A stretch of 64,000 nucleotides of DNA from Actinomycetota bacterium (GTDB taxonomy: Bacteria; Actinomycetota; Humimicrobiia; Humimicrobiales; Humimicrobiaceae), in assembly GCA_028717265.1 (NCBI GenBank), contig JAQUOE010000002.1, positions 36,948-100,947 of the forward strand. The letters run 5' to 3'. This document shows, piece by piece, positions 49,812-59,025 of this stretch. A program made the translations under genes and the position numbers. Within the stretch, counting starts at the first letter, position 1. Every line of letters begins with the position of its first letter. The notes under the pieces are model-generated. The model worked only from the letters and a program-made list of their open reading frames with translations. It was not told where the DNA came from and did not search any database.

Positions 49812-50786
49812 TCACAGGGCAAGTATATGAGCGAGTTTATATAAATTCTCGTCTATGCCTTTTTTTATCTCAAAAATATCTTCAAATTTCGATGTTTCTA
49901 TTTTCATACTTTTAATACCGACCATACAACCACTCTCATTTTCCAGTAAAAGATCCACCGCTTTTTTACCAAATTCCGCTGCAAGTATCCTGTCCATAGC
50001 AGAAGGAGAACCTCCCCTCTGTATATGTCCAAGTACCGACACCCTGACTTCATGACCCACAAGTAATTTAATAGAGGAGGCAACATCACCTGCGCTGCAT
50101 GTTCCTTCTGAAACTATTATCAGCGTATGCCTCTTACCTTCTCTATGATTTTTTATATCATTTGCAATCTTGACCAGATCGACTTCTATTTCAGGAATCA
50201 ATATGTAATCGGCTCCGCAGGCAACCCCTGTGTTAACTGCTATTATTCCGGATTCTCTCCCCATAACCTCTACTACGAATATTCTTTCATGAGAAGATGC
50301 GGTATCTCTGATTTTAGAGATTATATCGATTATTACATTAAGTGCCGTATCAAAACCTATGCTATTGTCGGTTCCGGCAATATCGTTATCTATTGTAGCA
50401 GGAATTCCGACTACCTGAATTCCCTGTTTATGAAGATCATAGGCCCCTCTGAAAGATCCGTCTCCGCCGACTACGATCATTCCCTCGATCCCGTTTTTCT
50501 TCAGATTGGCTATAGCCTTTTCCTGCCCTTTTTTACTTTTAAATTCTTCCGACCTTGCAGAATAAAGGAAAGTGCCGCCTCTATCTATGATTCCTCCTAC
50601 CGAATTGAGATCCAGTACCGTAAAATCGTTTGCAATCAGTCCTTTATATCCTTCATAAAATCCATAGACATCCAGGTTGCAATATATCGCATATCTGGTA
50701 ACCGTTCTTATAACAGCGTTCATCCCGCTTGCATCTCCGCCGCTTGTTAAAATTGCGATTCTTCTTTTTTCATCCATAGCGCTCAC
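49812..50786 (-). CDS. pfkA: ATP-dependent 6-phosphofructokinase
   Basis: RIAILTSGGDASGMNAVIRTV, GGDGS, and MGR motifs; 324 aa; 4 nt downstream of hisIE. Confidence 0.9.
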   Translation of the reverse strand: MSAMDEKRRIAILTSGGDASGMNAVIRTVTRYAIYCNLDVYGFYEGYKGLIANDFTVLDLNSVGGIIDRGGTFLYSARSEEFKSKKGQEKAIANLKKNGIEGMIVVGGDGSFRGAYDLHKQGIQVVGIPATIDNDIAGTDNSIGFDTALNVIIDIISKIRDTASSHERIFVVEVMGRESGIIAVNTGVACGADYILIPEIEVDLVKIANDIKNHREGKRHTLIIVSEGTCSAGDVASSIKLLVGHEVRVSVLGHIQRGGSPSAMDRILAAEFGKKAVDLLLENESGCMVGIKSMKIETSKFEDIFEIKKGIDENLYKLAHILAL

Positions 50787-50790
50787 TCCT

Positions 50791-51447
50791 TTACTTTCTC
50801 CTGCTTTTTAATTCGCCAAACACTTCTTCCAGAGTAATCTTTTTTTCAACCATCAGTACCAGCAAATGATAGAACATATCGGATATTTCGTTTATCATAT
50901 CCTTCTTGCCCTGGTGTTTCGAAGCCAGAACAATCTCCATGCTTTCTTCTCCGAATTTTTTTATTATTTCATCCAGTCCTTTTTTATGAAGCGAATATGT
51001 ATATGAATCCGAAATTTTATTTCTTATTCTTTCTTCTATGATGCTATATAACTCGTTCAGTATATTCTCTTTTGGGCTTTCCTTGAAATATTTATCAAAA
51101 TCCAGATCCTCCTCGATATCTTTAAGTTTTCTGTAGAAGCAGCTTTTATTTCCTGTATGGCAGGCATTTCCTTCCTGTTCCACACTTATAAGCAGAGAAT
51201 TTCCATAACAATCATATTTTATAGTTTTTATCTTCTGTATGTTCCCGGATGATTCGCCTTTTTTCCATAAACTTTTTCGTGTCCTGCTCCAGAACCACGT
51301 TAATCCGGTATCCAGACTTTTTGTGAGGGACTGTCTGCTCATATATGCAAGCATTAGAACCTTGCCTGTCTTATAATCCTGAATAATGGCCGGGACCAGA
51401 CCGACTTTATCGTTATTTTCTTTACCGGTTTTATTATTTTTTCCCAT
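50791..51447 (-). CDS. hisI: Bifunctional phosphoribosyl-AMP cyclohydrolase / phosphoribosyl-ATP pyrophosphatase
   Basis: N-terminal HisI segment ([25 protein letters not shown]...[13 protein letters not shown]). C-terminal HisE segment ([13 protein letters not shown]...[20 protein letters not shown]). Confidence 0.9.
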   Translation of the reverse strand: MGKNNKTGKENNDKVGLVPAIIQDYKTGKVLMLAYMSRQSLTKSLDTGLTWFWSRTRKSLWKKGESSGNIQKIKTIKYDCYGNSLLISVEQEGNACHTGNKSCFYRKLKDIEEDLDFDKYFKESPKENILNELYSIIEERIRNKISDSYTYSLHKKGLDEIIKKFGEESMEIVLASKHQGKKDMINEISDMFYHLLVLMVEKKITLEEVFGELKSRRK

Positions 51448-51484
51448 AATATCAATTCACCCATTTATTTTAATAATTTTCTAT

Positions 51485-52258
51485 TTAAAGCCTTACATTT
51501 ATTCCTTCGGACTTTAAATATTCCTTTGCATCCCTTATCGTATTCTGCCGGTAATGAAAAATAGATGCAACAAGAACTGCATCGGCACCGGCATATTTTA
51601 TTACATCTTTTAAGTGTTCCAGTTTCCCTGCACCACCTGAAGCTATGACGGGAATGTTTACCATAGAAGTCACTCCTCCTGTAAGTTCGATATCATAACC
51701 GTCCTTTGTCCCATCCCTGTCCATACTTGTGAGAAGAATCTCGCCGGCACCCAGTTCTTCTATTTTTTTCGCCCATTCGAATACATCCATGCCTGTTGGT
51801 GTCCTTCCTCCGTTTATATATACTTCCCAGAAATTTTTATCCCTGCGTTTTGCGTCTATTGCAATCACTATACACTGACTTCCGAAGATCCCGGCCGCCC
51901 TGCTTATCAAAGAGGGATCCTCGACTGCGGCAGTATTTATAGAGATTTTATCCGCACCTTTTTTTAATATTTCACGTATATGCTCTATTTTACTTATACC
52001 CCCTCCTATAGTATATGGTATAAATACTTTTTTAGCAGTTTTACTGGCAAGATCTACTACCGTTCCTCTTTTTTCATGAGAAGCTGTTATATCCAGAAAA
52101 ACTATTTCATCGGCACCTTCTCTGTCATAAAAAGCCGCGAGTTCCACAGGATCACCCGCATCTTTTATATCTATAAAATGAATCCCTTTTACAACTCTGC
52201 CCTTATCAACATCCAGACATGGGATTATTCTTTTAGTTATCATCTTTTTATGCTCCAA
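51485..52258 (-). CDS. hisF: Imidazole glycerol phosphate synthase cyclase subunit
   Basis: [17 protein letters not shown], and GGGI motifs; 257 aa TIM barrel. Confidence 0.95.
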   Translation of the reverse strand: MEHKKMITKRIIPCLDVDKGRVVKGIHFIDIKDAGDPVELAAFYDREGADEIVFLDITASHEKRGTVVDLASKTAKKVFIPYTIGGGISKIEHIREILKKGADKISINTAAVEDPSLISRAAGIFGSQCIVIAIDAKRRDKNFWEVYINGGRTPTGMDVFEWAKKIEELGAGEILLTSMDRDGTKDGYDIELTGGVTSMVNIPVIASGGAGKLEHLKDVIKYAGADAVLVASIFHYRQNTIRDAKEYLKSEGINVRL

Positions 52259-52979
52259 TCCTTATTGCATCCCTTAAATTGATTTTATTTTCCCCTTCAT
52301 ATAATGCTTTCCCTATTATTACACCGGAAATCCCCATATTTTCGATTTCCTTTAAATCGATGACGTCCCCTATCCTGCCTATGCCCCCGGCAATTATAAA
52401 TTTCATTCCGGAACTTTTTAAAATTTTTTTAATAAATTCTATATTAATTCCCTCCAGTGTCCCGTCTCTTGATATATCTGTGGCAATCACCTCTTCTGCA
52501 CCGGACTGTTCCGCTTTTTTTACTGATTCAAAAATACTGATTGCTGTTTCTTCCTGCCAGCCGTTTTTAAATACCATCCCGTTTATACCATAATCAAGAC
52601 TAATTATAACCTTATTCTTATAACCGGAAATGCATTTTTTAAGGAAATCCCTATCTTCTATTGCTCTTGTTCCCAGTATGACCTTATCTATGCCATTATT
52701 AAGAACATCCTGAATTGTCTCATAATCCCTTATTCCGCCGCCATATTGTATTTTTATATCTATCTTTTGTTTTATTTCAAGAGCAGCATTCAGATTCTGT
52801 TGCTTTCCGGTCCGTGCACCATCCAGATCGATTATATGCAGCCAATCCGCGCCCTCCTGCTTCCATTTTTCAGCAGCTTCCACCGGATCATCGAAATATT
52901 TCTTCAGGTTTCCGAAACTGCCTCCTGTCAGCCTCACGCATGCGCCATTTATCAGATCTATTGCAGGTATTATTATCAC
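52248..52979 (-). CDS. hisA: ProFAR isomerase
   Basis: IIPAIDL...G.CVRL and GGGIR motifs; 243 aa; overlaps both hisF and hisH. Confidence 0.9.
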   Translation of the reverse strand: MIIIPAIDLINGACVRLTGGSFGNLKKYFDDPVEAAEKWKQEGADWLHIIDLDGARTGKQQNLNAALEIKQKIDIKIQYGGGIRDYETIQDVLNNGIDKVILGTRAIEDRDFLKKCISGYKNKVIISLDYGINGMVFKNGWQEETAISIFESVKKAEQSGAEEVIATDISRDGTLEGINIEFIKKILKSSGMKFIIAGGIGRIGDVIDLKEIENMGISGVIIGKALYEGENKINLRDAIRIGA

Positions 52980-53596
52980 GATCTTCCTTCCTTAATCATG
53001 TTCCAAAAGTTTTCCAGGACCTTTAAACCGCTCATACTGCTTTTTTCCGGATGAAATTGGAAACCGTAAATATTTTCATATTCTATACCTGCCACTATTT
53101 CCATTCCATAATCAGCCGTACTGCTTATGATACATTTTTTTTGCGGAATCACATGATAGGAATGAACAAAATAAAAATTTTTTCCTTCCTCTATTCCGTA
53201 AAATATTTTACTTTCTTTTTTTAGTATGTTTAACTGGTTCCATCCCATATGCGGTACCTTTACAACCGATGGTATTTTCTCGACAGAGCCTTTCAATATA
53301 CCCAGCCCTGTATTTATGCCGTTTTCCAGGCTATATTCAAACAGCAGCTGCATACCCAGGCATATCCCCAGAAAGATTTTCTTTCTCATATTATCTTTTA
53401 AAGTTTCTATAATGCCCAATTCCTCAAGATTTTTATATGCATCTCTGTATGCACCTACGCCGGGCAGCACCAGTGCTGCGGCATTGTTTATCTCTTTTGC
53501 ATTGCCCGTCACCTTTATATCTGCACCAACTTTTTTAAAAGCATTTTCAACACTGCTGATATTTCCCATATTGTAATTTATAATTGCGATATACAT
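52976..53596 (-). CDS. hisH: Imidazole glycerol phosphate synthase glutamine amidotransferase subunit
   Basis: Class I glutamine amidotransferase triad context (GICLGMQLL...; FHPEKS); 206 aa. Confidence 0.9.
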   Translation of the reverse strand: MYIAIINYNMGNISSVENAFKKVGADIKVTGNAKEINNAAALVLPGVGAYRDAYKNLEELGIIETLKDNMRKKIFLGICLGMQLLFEYSLENGINTGLGILKGSVEKIPSVVKVPHMGWNQLNILKKESKIFYGIEEGKNFYFVHSYHVIPQKKCIISSTADYGMEIVAGIEYENIYGFQFHPEKSSMSGLKVLENFWNMIKEGRS

Positions 53597-53676
53597 TTTT
53601 ACTCCATTGCACCATAAACCGGTTTTTTATTTCTTGATTTATAAATAAGTACTGACTCCCTAATCAATATCCGCTC

Positions 53677-54261
53677 TTATAATATACCTTTGGTTGAAGG
53701 TACGGTATCTATACCCGATAATCTTGTCGCATCATACAGCGCTATACCAAAAGCCTTGAAGATCGCTTCTGCTATATGATGGGAGTTCAATCCGGTATTT
53801 TTATTTATATGAAGATTAATAAAACTATTGCTGACCAGAGCCCTGAAAAAATCTTCTACCATAACAGTTTCCATCCCATCAATTTTTTCATAATCTATAT
53901 CTACATTGTATCTAAGATAGGCTCTTCCGCCTGCATCGATAGATATGGCTATTTCCGTTTCATCCATGGGTAACAAAATATGTCCAAATCTTTTTATCCC
54001 GCTTTTATCTTTTAAACAGTCCGAAATAGCTTTTCCAAGACAAATGCCCACATCCTCTACCAGATGATGACTGCCCACCTTCAGATCACCTGAGGCCCTG
54101 AGTTTCATATCAAACTTGCCATGTTTTGTAAAACTTTCCAGTATATGATTAAAAAAAGGTATGGAAGTCTCTATATCGGATTCCCCGTTGCCATCCAGGT
54201 CAAATTCAAGCCTGATATCGGTTTCTTTTGTCTTTCTGAATATTTTTGTTTTTCTTTCCAT
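53677..54261 (-). CDS. hisB: Imidazoleglycerol-phosphate dehydratase (monofunctional)
   Basis: 194 aa IGPD with duplicated metal-binding His/Glu motifs (HHLVEDVGI..., HHIAEA). No phosphatase domain. Confidence 0.9.
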   Translation of the reverse strand: MERKTKIFRKTKETDIRLEFDLDGNGESDIETSIPFFNHILESFTKHGKFDMKLRASGDLKVGSHHLVEDVGICLGKAISDCLKDKSGIKRFGHILLPMDETEIAISIDAGGRAYLRYNVDIDYEKIDGMETVMVEDFFRALVSNSFINLHINKNTGLNSHHIAEAIFKAFGIALYDATRLSGIDTVPSTKGIL

Positions 54262-54265
54262 TCTT

Positions 54266-54913
54266 TTATTTTATTACATTTTTAATTTTATTCATAAATT
54301 TACTTATTAAATCATATTTGACCCTATAACTCGTAATATTTGCAATCAACCTTGTAGTCGAAATAACAACTTCTTCCATTTCCATTAAATCATTCTCCTC
54401 CAGAGTTTTACCCGAAGCTGTAATATCCAGTATCTCATCTGCAATTCCTAAAGCAGGTGCCAGTTCTACCGAGCCATAAAGTTTGATTATTTCTACCTGC
54501 ATTCCTTTGCTGTCAAAATATTTTTTCGCAATATTAGGGTAACTTGTCGCAACTCTTATAGAGCCGAAATGCCTGTACTTCTCTTTTACTTTTTCCAGCT
54601 GATCTTTTAGAGTTGCCAGGACTATCCTGCATTCTCCATTTTTCAGGTCAAGTAGTTCATACACTTTGCTTTCTTTTTCCATCAGTATATCCTTACCCGA
54701 AAATCCTATATCGCATGCGCCGTGTTCCACGTAAACCGGAACATCCATGGGACGCGATATTATATATTGCATTGCATCTTCTCCGGAATATACGGAAAGC
54801 TTTCTGTTATTTTTCACAAGAGATTTTACTTCAAACCCCGCTCTGCTTAATATATCCACGCACTTATCAAACAAATAGCCTTTTGGGATCGCAATCTTAA
54901 TTCCTTTTTTCAT
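54266..54913 (-). CDS. hisG: ATP phosphoribosyltransferase, short form
   Basis: 215 aa short-form HisG (HisZ-dependent type); overlaps the hisZ 3' end. Confidence 0.9.
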   Translation of the reverse strand: MKKGIKIAIPKGYLFDKCVDILSRAGFEVKSLVKNNRKLSVYSGEDAMQYIISRPMDVPVYVEHGACDIGFSGKDILMEKESKVYELLDLKNGECRIVLATLKDQLEKVKEKYRHFGSIRVATSYPNIAKKYFDSKGMQVEIIKLYGSVELAPALGIADEILDITASGKTLEENDLMEMEEVVISTTRLIANITSYRVKYDLISKFMNKIKNVIK

Positions 54914-56177
54914 CTTTCATCTCTTTTAAGAACCCGGTCATTGTTTTAATTTTCGTCATGTTATTTTTAAGATCTTTTATCTTTATATTTTTTAAGCCCT
55001 TTTCGAATTCAATAATCAACTCGCAATTCTTTTCTCTGGCAAAACTTTCCATATCAGATGTATCTTCAAAGGATAATTCCGCTATAATACCCCTGGCGCG
55101 CAACTTGTCTGCAAATGCCAATAATTCCACGGCATTATCATTATTTACACCTTTTATTAAGATCTTTAATTTTTCCTTGAGTTCTATTTCATCAACCGCT
55201 TTATGTGTCAGATCTATATCCAGAGCAAATCCGGTCGCAGGAACATCCAATCCGAATTTTTTTATCAGTCCGTCATATCTGCCGCCGCTTCCTATTATAT
55301 CGGTTATATTCGATTGATAAACCTCGAATAAAAGCCCTGTATAATAATCAAAATCCCTTATAATACTGAAATCGGTTACGAGGCATCCTTCATAATCAAG
55401 TCCTTTCAGAATACCGTATATTTTTTTTATGTAATCCAGGCTTTTAATTACTTTTTTTTCCTTTATTCCTGAAACCATACCTGATATTTTTTCGATACTG
55501 CTCTCCGGCTGTATTAATTTCAAAAAAATTTCTGCTTTGCCTTTGTTTTTCTTGCTTAAAAAATTTTCCAGTGATACAAAATCTTTCACAACGATTTTCT
55601 TTCTTATGTGTTCCCTGTCTTTCATATCCAGTTCAAACCAGTCGAACAATCCCTCTATAAATCCGATGTGCCCTAAACCTATTTTATAATCACGTAAATT
55701 CAGTCCGTTTAAAATATTTATTGATATGATAAGAATTTCTATATCTGACATTAAGGCATTCGAAGAGCCGATAAACTCGATACCAGCCTGGTTGTAAACT
55801 CTCCTTATACCTTTTTGTATATCGGATTGCCGGAAAGAATCTGCAAAATAACAAAACCTTACCGGTAGCTGATTTCTTTTTATCCGCATTCCCGTAAGTC
55901 TTGCCACCGGAATGGTCATGTCGGTTCTAAGGGATACGGGATTTCCGTCGACATCAAAAAAATTGATCAACTTATCTTTCCAATTTTTACCTGCCCCGAT
56001 TGAAATATTTTTTGTATATTCGATTACAGGAGTGTAAACTTCACCATAACCCCACAATTTGAACTCTCTTGCGATAATTTCTTTTATCCTGTTTCTTTCT
56101 TCTATTTCAAAGGGGAATATATCTCTTAATCCGAAAGGCAGCCTTACGATTTGACTGTCTTTTTTATTCTCAAACAT
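54897..56177 (-). CDS. hisZ: ATP phosphoribosyltransferase regulatory subunit (HisRS paralog)
   Basis: Class II aaRS-like fold (RLPFGLRDIFPFE...). 426 aa; paired with short-form hisG. Confidence 0.85.
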   Translation of the reverse strand: MFENKKDSQIVRLPFGLRDIFPFEIEERNRIKEIIAREFKLWGYGEVYTPVIEYTKNISIGAGKNWKDKLINFFDVDGNPVSLRTDMTIPVARLTGMRIKRNQLPVRFCYFADSFRQSDIQKGIRRVYNQAGIEFIGSSNALMSDIEILIISINILNGLNLRDYKIGLGHIGFIEGLFDWFELDMKDREHIRKKIVVKDFVSLENFLSKKNKGKAEIFLKLIQPESSIEKISGMVSGIKEKKVIKSLDYIKKIYGILKGLDYEGCLVTDFSIIRDFDYYTGLLFEVYQSNITDIIGSGGRYDGLIKKFGLDVPATGFALDIDLTHKAVDEIELKEKLKILIKGVNNDNAVELLAFADKLRARGIIAELSFEDTSDMESFAREKNCELIIEFEKGLKNIKIKDLKNNMTKIKTMTGFLKEMKDEKRN

Positions 56178-56247
56178 TGTTTACGGACCCCCGGGATTTA
56201 TATATAAAGTAAGTATTTTATCATACTACAATGTTTTAAAAAAAGGT

Positions 56248-57891
56248 TTAATTTTCAAATTTTTCAGATATCCTGTCCAATCTGTCTTTTTCCGGTATGG
56301 GCCTGCATTTTTCATCCACGGCTACACATTTGCCATTCAAAAACATGGTCCTGATCGTCCCCTTTGCTGCCCTGACTCCGAATAAATGCGGAGCATCCAG
56401 AATCCCTGACCTTATTGCTTTTGAGATTATTGCCGGAGAAACCAGGGGATCCCCGGTTTTTCCATCTCTGCCCAACATTTTTATCTTATCTATGATCAAC
56501 TTTGCATCTGTAATCAATTCGGCTTTTCTATCTTTTACCGTTTTATCTTCCTTCATATCGGGACAGCCGTATAAACAATTTTCTATGACTTTTCTGGCAA
56601 TTTTCACACTTGCTATAATATCTTCAGGCCTGGCGGCATGGTCCGCTTCACAATATGCAACAACATGGATAATGTCAGGGTTAAGCTGCATTTGAAGAAA
56701 AGTAGAAGAAGCCAGCTGCCCTTTACTTTTATCAAGATCGGCAGGGTAGCTGTATAATCCCGCCCTTGTCTGCCTGATAGTTGTAAAATTATTATCATGA
56801 AGAGACTCTATAAGCTCTATTTTAGCAAGCATTTTAGCCAGATCCATTGAAAACGATGTTTCCGATGGAGTATTAAACATATATTGGGAGATATAAGTTT
56901 TTACCCCCATTATCTTGGCATTGTAAGCAGCAATGTACGCCGCTGCCACAGCAACGGAATCAGGTGAATACCTCAGACTCCAGTGATGGGATTCGTTGAC
57001 TTCTACCGGAACATTTCTTGCCGCATGCCATTTCATTACTGCTTGATTTTCGGCTATCGACTGTTCCAATTCTCTTTCACTTCTATTATCCAGTTCATTG
57101 TACCAGCAAAGCGGAACGGCACACCATGCATTATTTATATTTTCAAGAAGGACTTTTGCCATTTTCAAGATATCATTTGTGCCGCTATAGCATCTCATCA
57201 GCGGATAATTGCCGGTCCGGGATGCAAGATACAGATTTTTAAAATCTTTCTCACTTCTCAGAGGAACCCCTCCTGCACCATCCTGCCCGGGATCCATTTC
57301 GTCCTGATTGAAAAAAAATTCCTGAGTATTCTGATCCGGACCAATAGATATTACATCCAGAACTTCGCTCAGCGAGATCTCCTTTATTCCTTTAACGGTT
57401 TCATCAAGAGACGGCCTGCCGAAATGATGCCGTATCACGGGAAAAGGTTTGTTGTATTTGATTCTTTCTAAAACATTTTGAGGAGGGATTCTGCCTTTTG
57501 CAAATACTTTCTTTTTACCTAAAAATTTTTCGATTTCCTCTACGCTTTCTTCACCGGTAAAAATAACATCAAAAATCCCAAGTTTTTTAGCAACATCAGC
57601 AACAGGTTTCGTACTTCCCAGTATAAACACTTTTTTCGACAGATACGGTTCATCGATTATTTTCTTTTTTAATTCCATAAGTACCGGCATGACACTTTCC
57701 GGTGAAAGCCGGTAGCTTACAGCTACTATATCAGGATCATACTCATCTATTTCCTGCTTCAAACAATCGATTTTGCACGCAGAACCCAAGAACATTGTAT
57801 TGTAGCCATGTTTTTCGGATAATTTTAAAAAATTCAAAATCCCTGCCACATGTATGCAGCTTCCGATACAGGCACCCAGTATCTTCTTCAT
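56248..57891 (-). CDS. Hypothetical protein with an N-terminal Rossmann-like (B12-binding-domain-like) region
   Basis: 547 aa. The N-terminal 130 aa (KILGACIGSCIHVAGILNF...DIVAVSYRL...VFILGS) follow the beta-alpha pattern of cobalamin-binding domains, but with CxHxxG instead of DxHxxG. The large C-terminal domain has no motif I can name. The assignment is low confidence. Confidence 0.45.
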   Translation of the reverse strand: MKKILGACIGSCIHVAGILNFLKLSEKHGYNTMFLGSACKIDCLKQEIDEYDPDIVAVSYRLSPESVMPVLMELKKKIIDEPYLSKKVFILGSTKPVADVAKKLGIFDVIFTGEESVEEIEKFLGKKKVFAKGRIPPQNVLERIKYNKPFPVIRHHFGRPSLDETVKGIKEISLSEVLDVISIGPDQNTQEFFFNQDEMDPGQDGAGGVPLRSEKDFKNLYLASRTGNYPLMRCYSGTNDILKMAKVLLENINNAWCAVPLCWYNELDNRSERELEQSIAENQAVMKWHAARNVPVEVNESHHWSLRYSPDSVAVAAAYIAAYNAKIMGVKTYISQYMFNTPSETSFSMDLAKMLAKIELIESLHDNNFTTIRQTRAGLYSYPADLDKSKGQLASSTFLQMQLNPDIIHVVAYCEADHAARPEDIIASVKIARKVIENCLYGCPDMKEDKTVKDRKAELITDAKLIIDKIKMLGRDGKTGDPLVSPAIISKAIRSGILDAPHLFGVRAAKGTIRTMFLNGKCVAVDEKCRPIPEKDRLDRISEKFEN

Positions 57892-57895
57892 AACT

Positions 57896-59005
57896 TTATA
57901 ACTTACTTTTACCTTTGGTTAGAATGTCTCTTATCTCGTCCAGGTTTAATCCCTCCAGGCCAAGCGAGGAAATATTCCTGCCTATCTTTCTAAAGTCCTT
58001 TTTGAATATGGAATTAGCTATATCGATCAGTGAGTCGATTATTGTAGTTTTTACCTTAAGGATCTTTCCGAATTCAGAAATCGGCACCAGACTCATCGGG
58101 ACATCTTCGGTTATATATCTGATATTTATAGTTATTGGAGCCATAATTCCCACATAACCGGGATTACTATGAATCGCATCAAACAGATTATCTTCAACCA
58201 CATTATAAGCCATCGATAACCATTCAATAGCCGAATATATATTGGCACACTTTAATTTTTTTGCAACCAATACTCTCTCTTCATCCACTGCTTCCAGGAT
58301 TTTTGCGACTGACTGCGTTACACCTTCTATATAAAATTGAAAATTTCCAAGAGTAGACTCTATGCGGCTGATATTAAGTATTGTAATTGCAGGGTGGAAA
58401 ACCGCACCCATATTATTGAAACTTGTTTCGATCGCACTCCCTGCAGGGATGAACTCCGGGAATGCTTCGTTTAATTTCCTGACCACCATTTCGGTTTTTT
58501 TTGAAGATATCGCAGCTACGGGTATTGCCTGTTTTATTCTGAATATTCTTGCCGCAGCCGGGCCCATGCCTCTGCTTGCATAAATAAAAGTCTGTGCTTC
58601 GGCTATCGTAATATCCTTATTATTGCCTTCTTTCCGTAAAACATTCAAAAATTCCAGAGCACCACACGTCCTTCCGGGATTCAATACTACTATCTGATTC
58701 TCTTTTAGATATGGGGCACACAGGCGGGCAATAAAAGCATGGGCATTTGCCGGCACAACAACCATGATTATATCCACATCTTTTATTGCCTTCTCGATGT
58801 CACTGGTTACTATATCAAGTTTACCAAAACCTTTTATTTCACCTTCAAGCTCGATCCCCTTCATCTTTTTTATTGGTTGAATTCTTGAAAATGTTCTGTT
58901 GTAAATGTTTACCTTGAAACCTTTTATTGCCAGATGAGCGGCTACCGCTTTCCCTCCATGGCCTGCACCTAAGACCGCAAATTTTAAATCATGCATACAA
59001 TTCAT
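57896..59005 (-). CDS. NAD(P)-dependent opine (octopine/nopaline) dehydrogenase family oxidoreductase
   Basis: N-terminal Rossmann motif FAVLGAGHGGKAVAAHLAIKGFKVNIYNR, and a C-terminal helical domain of opine-dehydrogenase / KPR type; 369 aa. Confidence 0.6.
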   Translation of the reverse strand: MNCMHDLKFAVLGAGHGGKAVAAHLAIKGFKVNIYNRTFSRIQPIKKMKGIELEGEIKGFGKLDIVTSDIEKAIKDVDIIMVVVPANAHAFIARLCAPYLKENQIVVLNPGRTCGALEFLNVLRKEGNNKDITIAEAQTFIYASRGMGPAAARIFRIKQAIPVAAISSKKTEMVVRKLNEAFPEFIPAGSAIETSFNNMGAVFHPAITILNISRIESTLGNFQFYIEGVTQSVAKILEAVDEERVLVAKKLKCANIYSAIEWLSMAYNVVEDNLFDAIHSNPGYVGIMAPITINIRYITEDVPMSLVPISEFGKILKVKTTIIDSLIDIANSIFKKDFRKIGRNISSLGLEGLNLDEIRDILTKGKSKL

Positions 59006-59025
59006 CTCTCCTTCTATTTCTTTAT

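Noticed and set aside
49718-49915. 65-aa plus-strand ORF
   Set aside because: It overlaps tRNA-Leu(CAA) and the antisense 3' end of pfkA. This is a tRNA read-through artefact.
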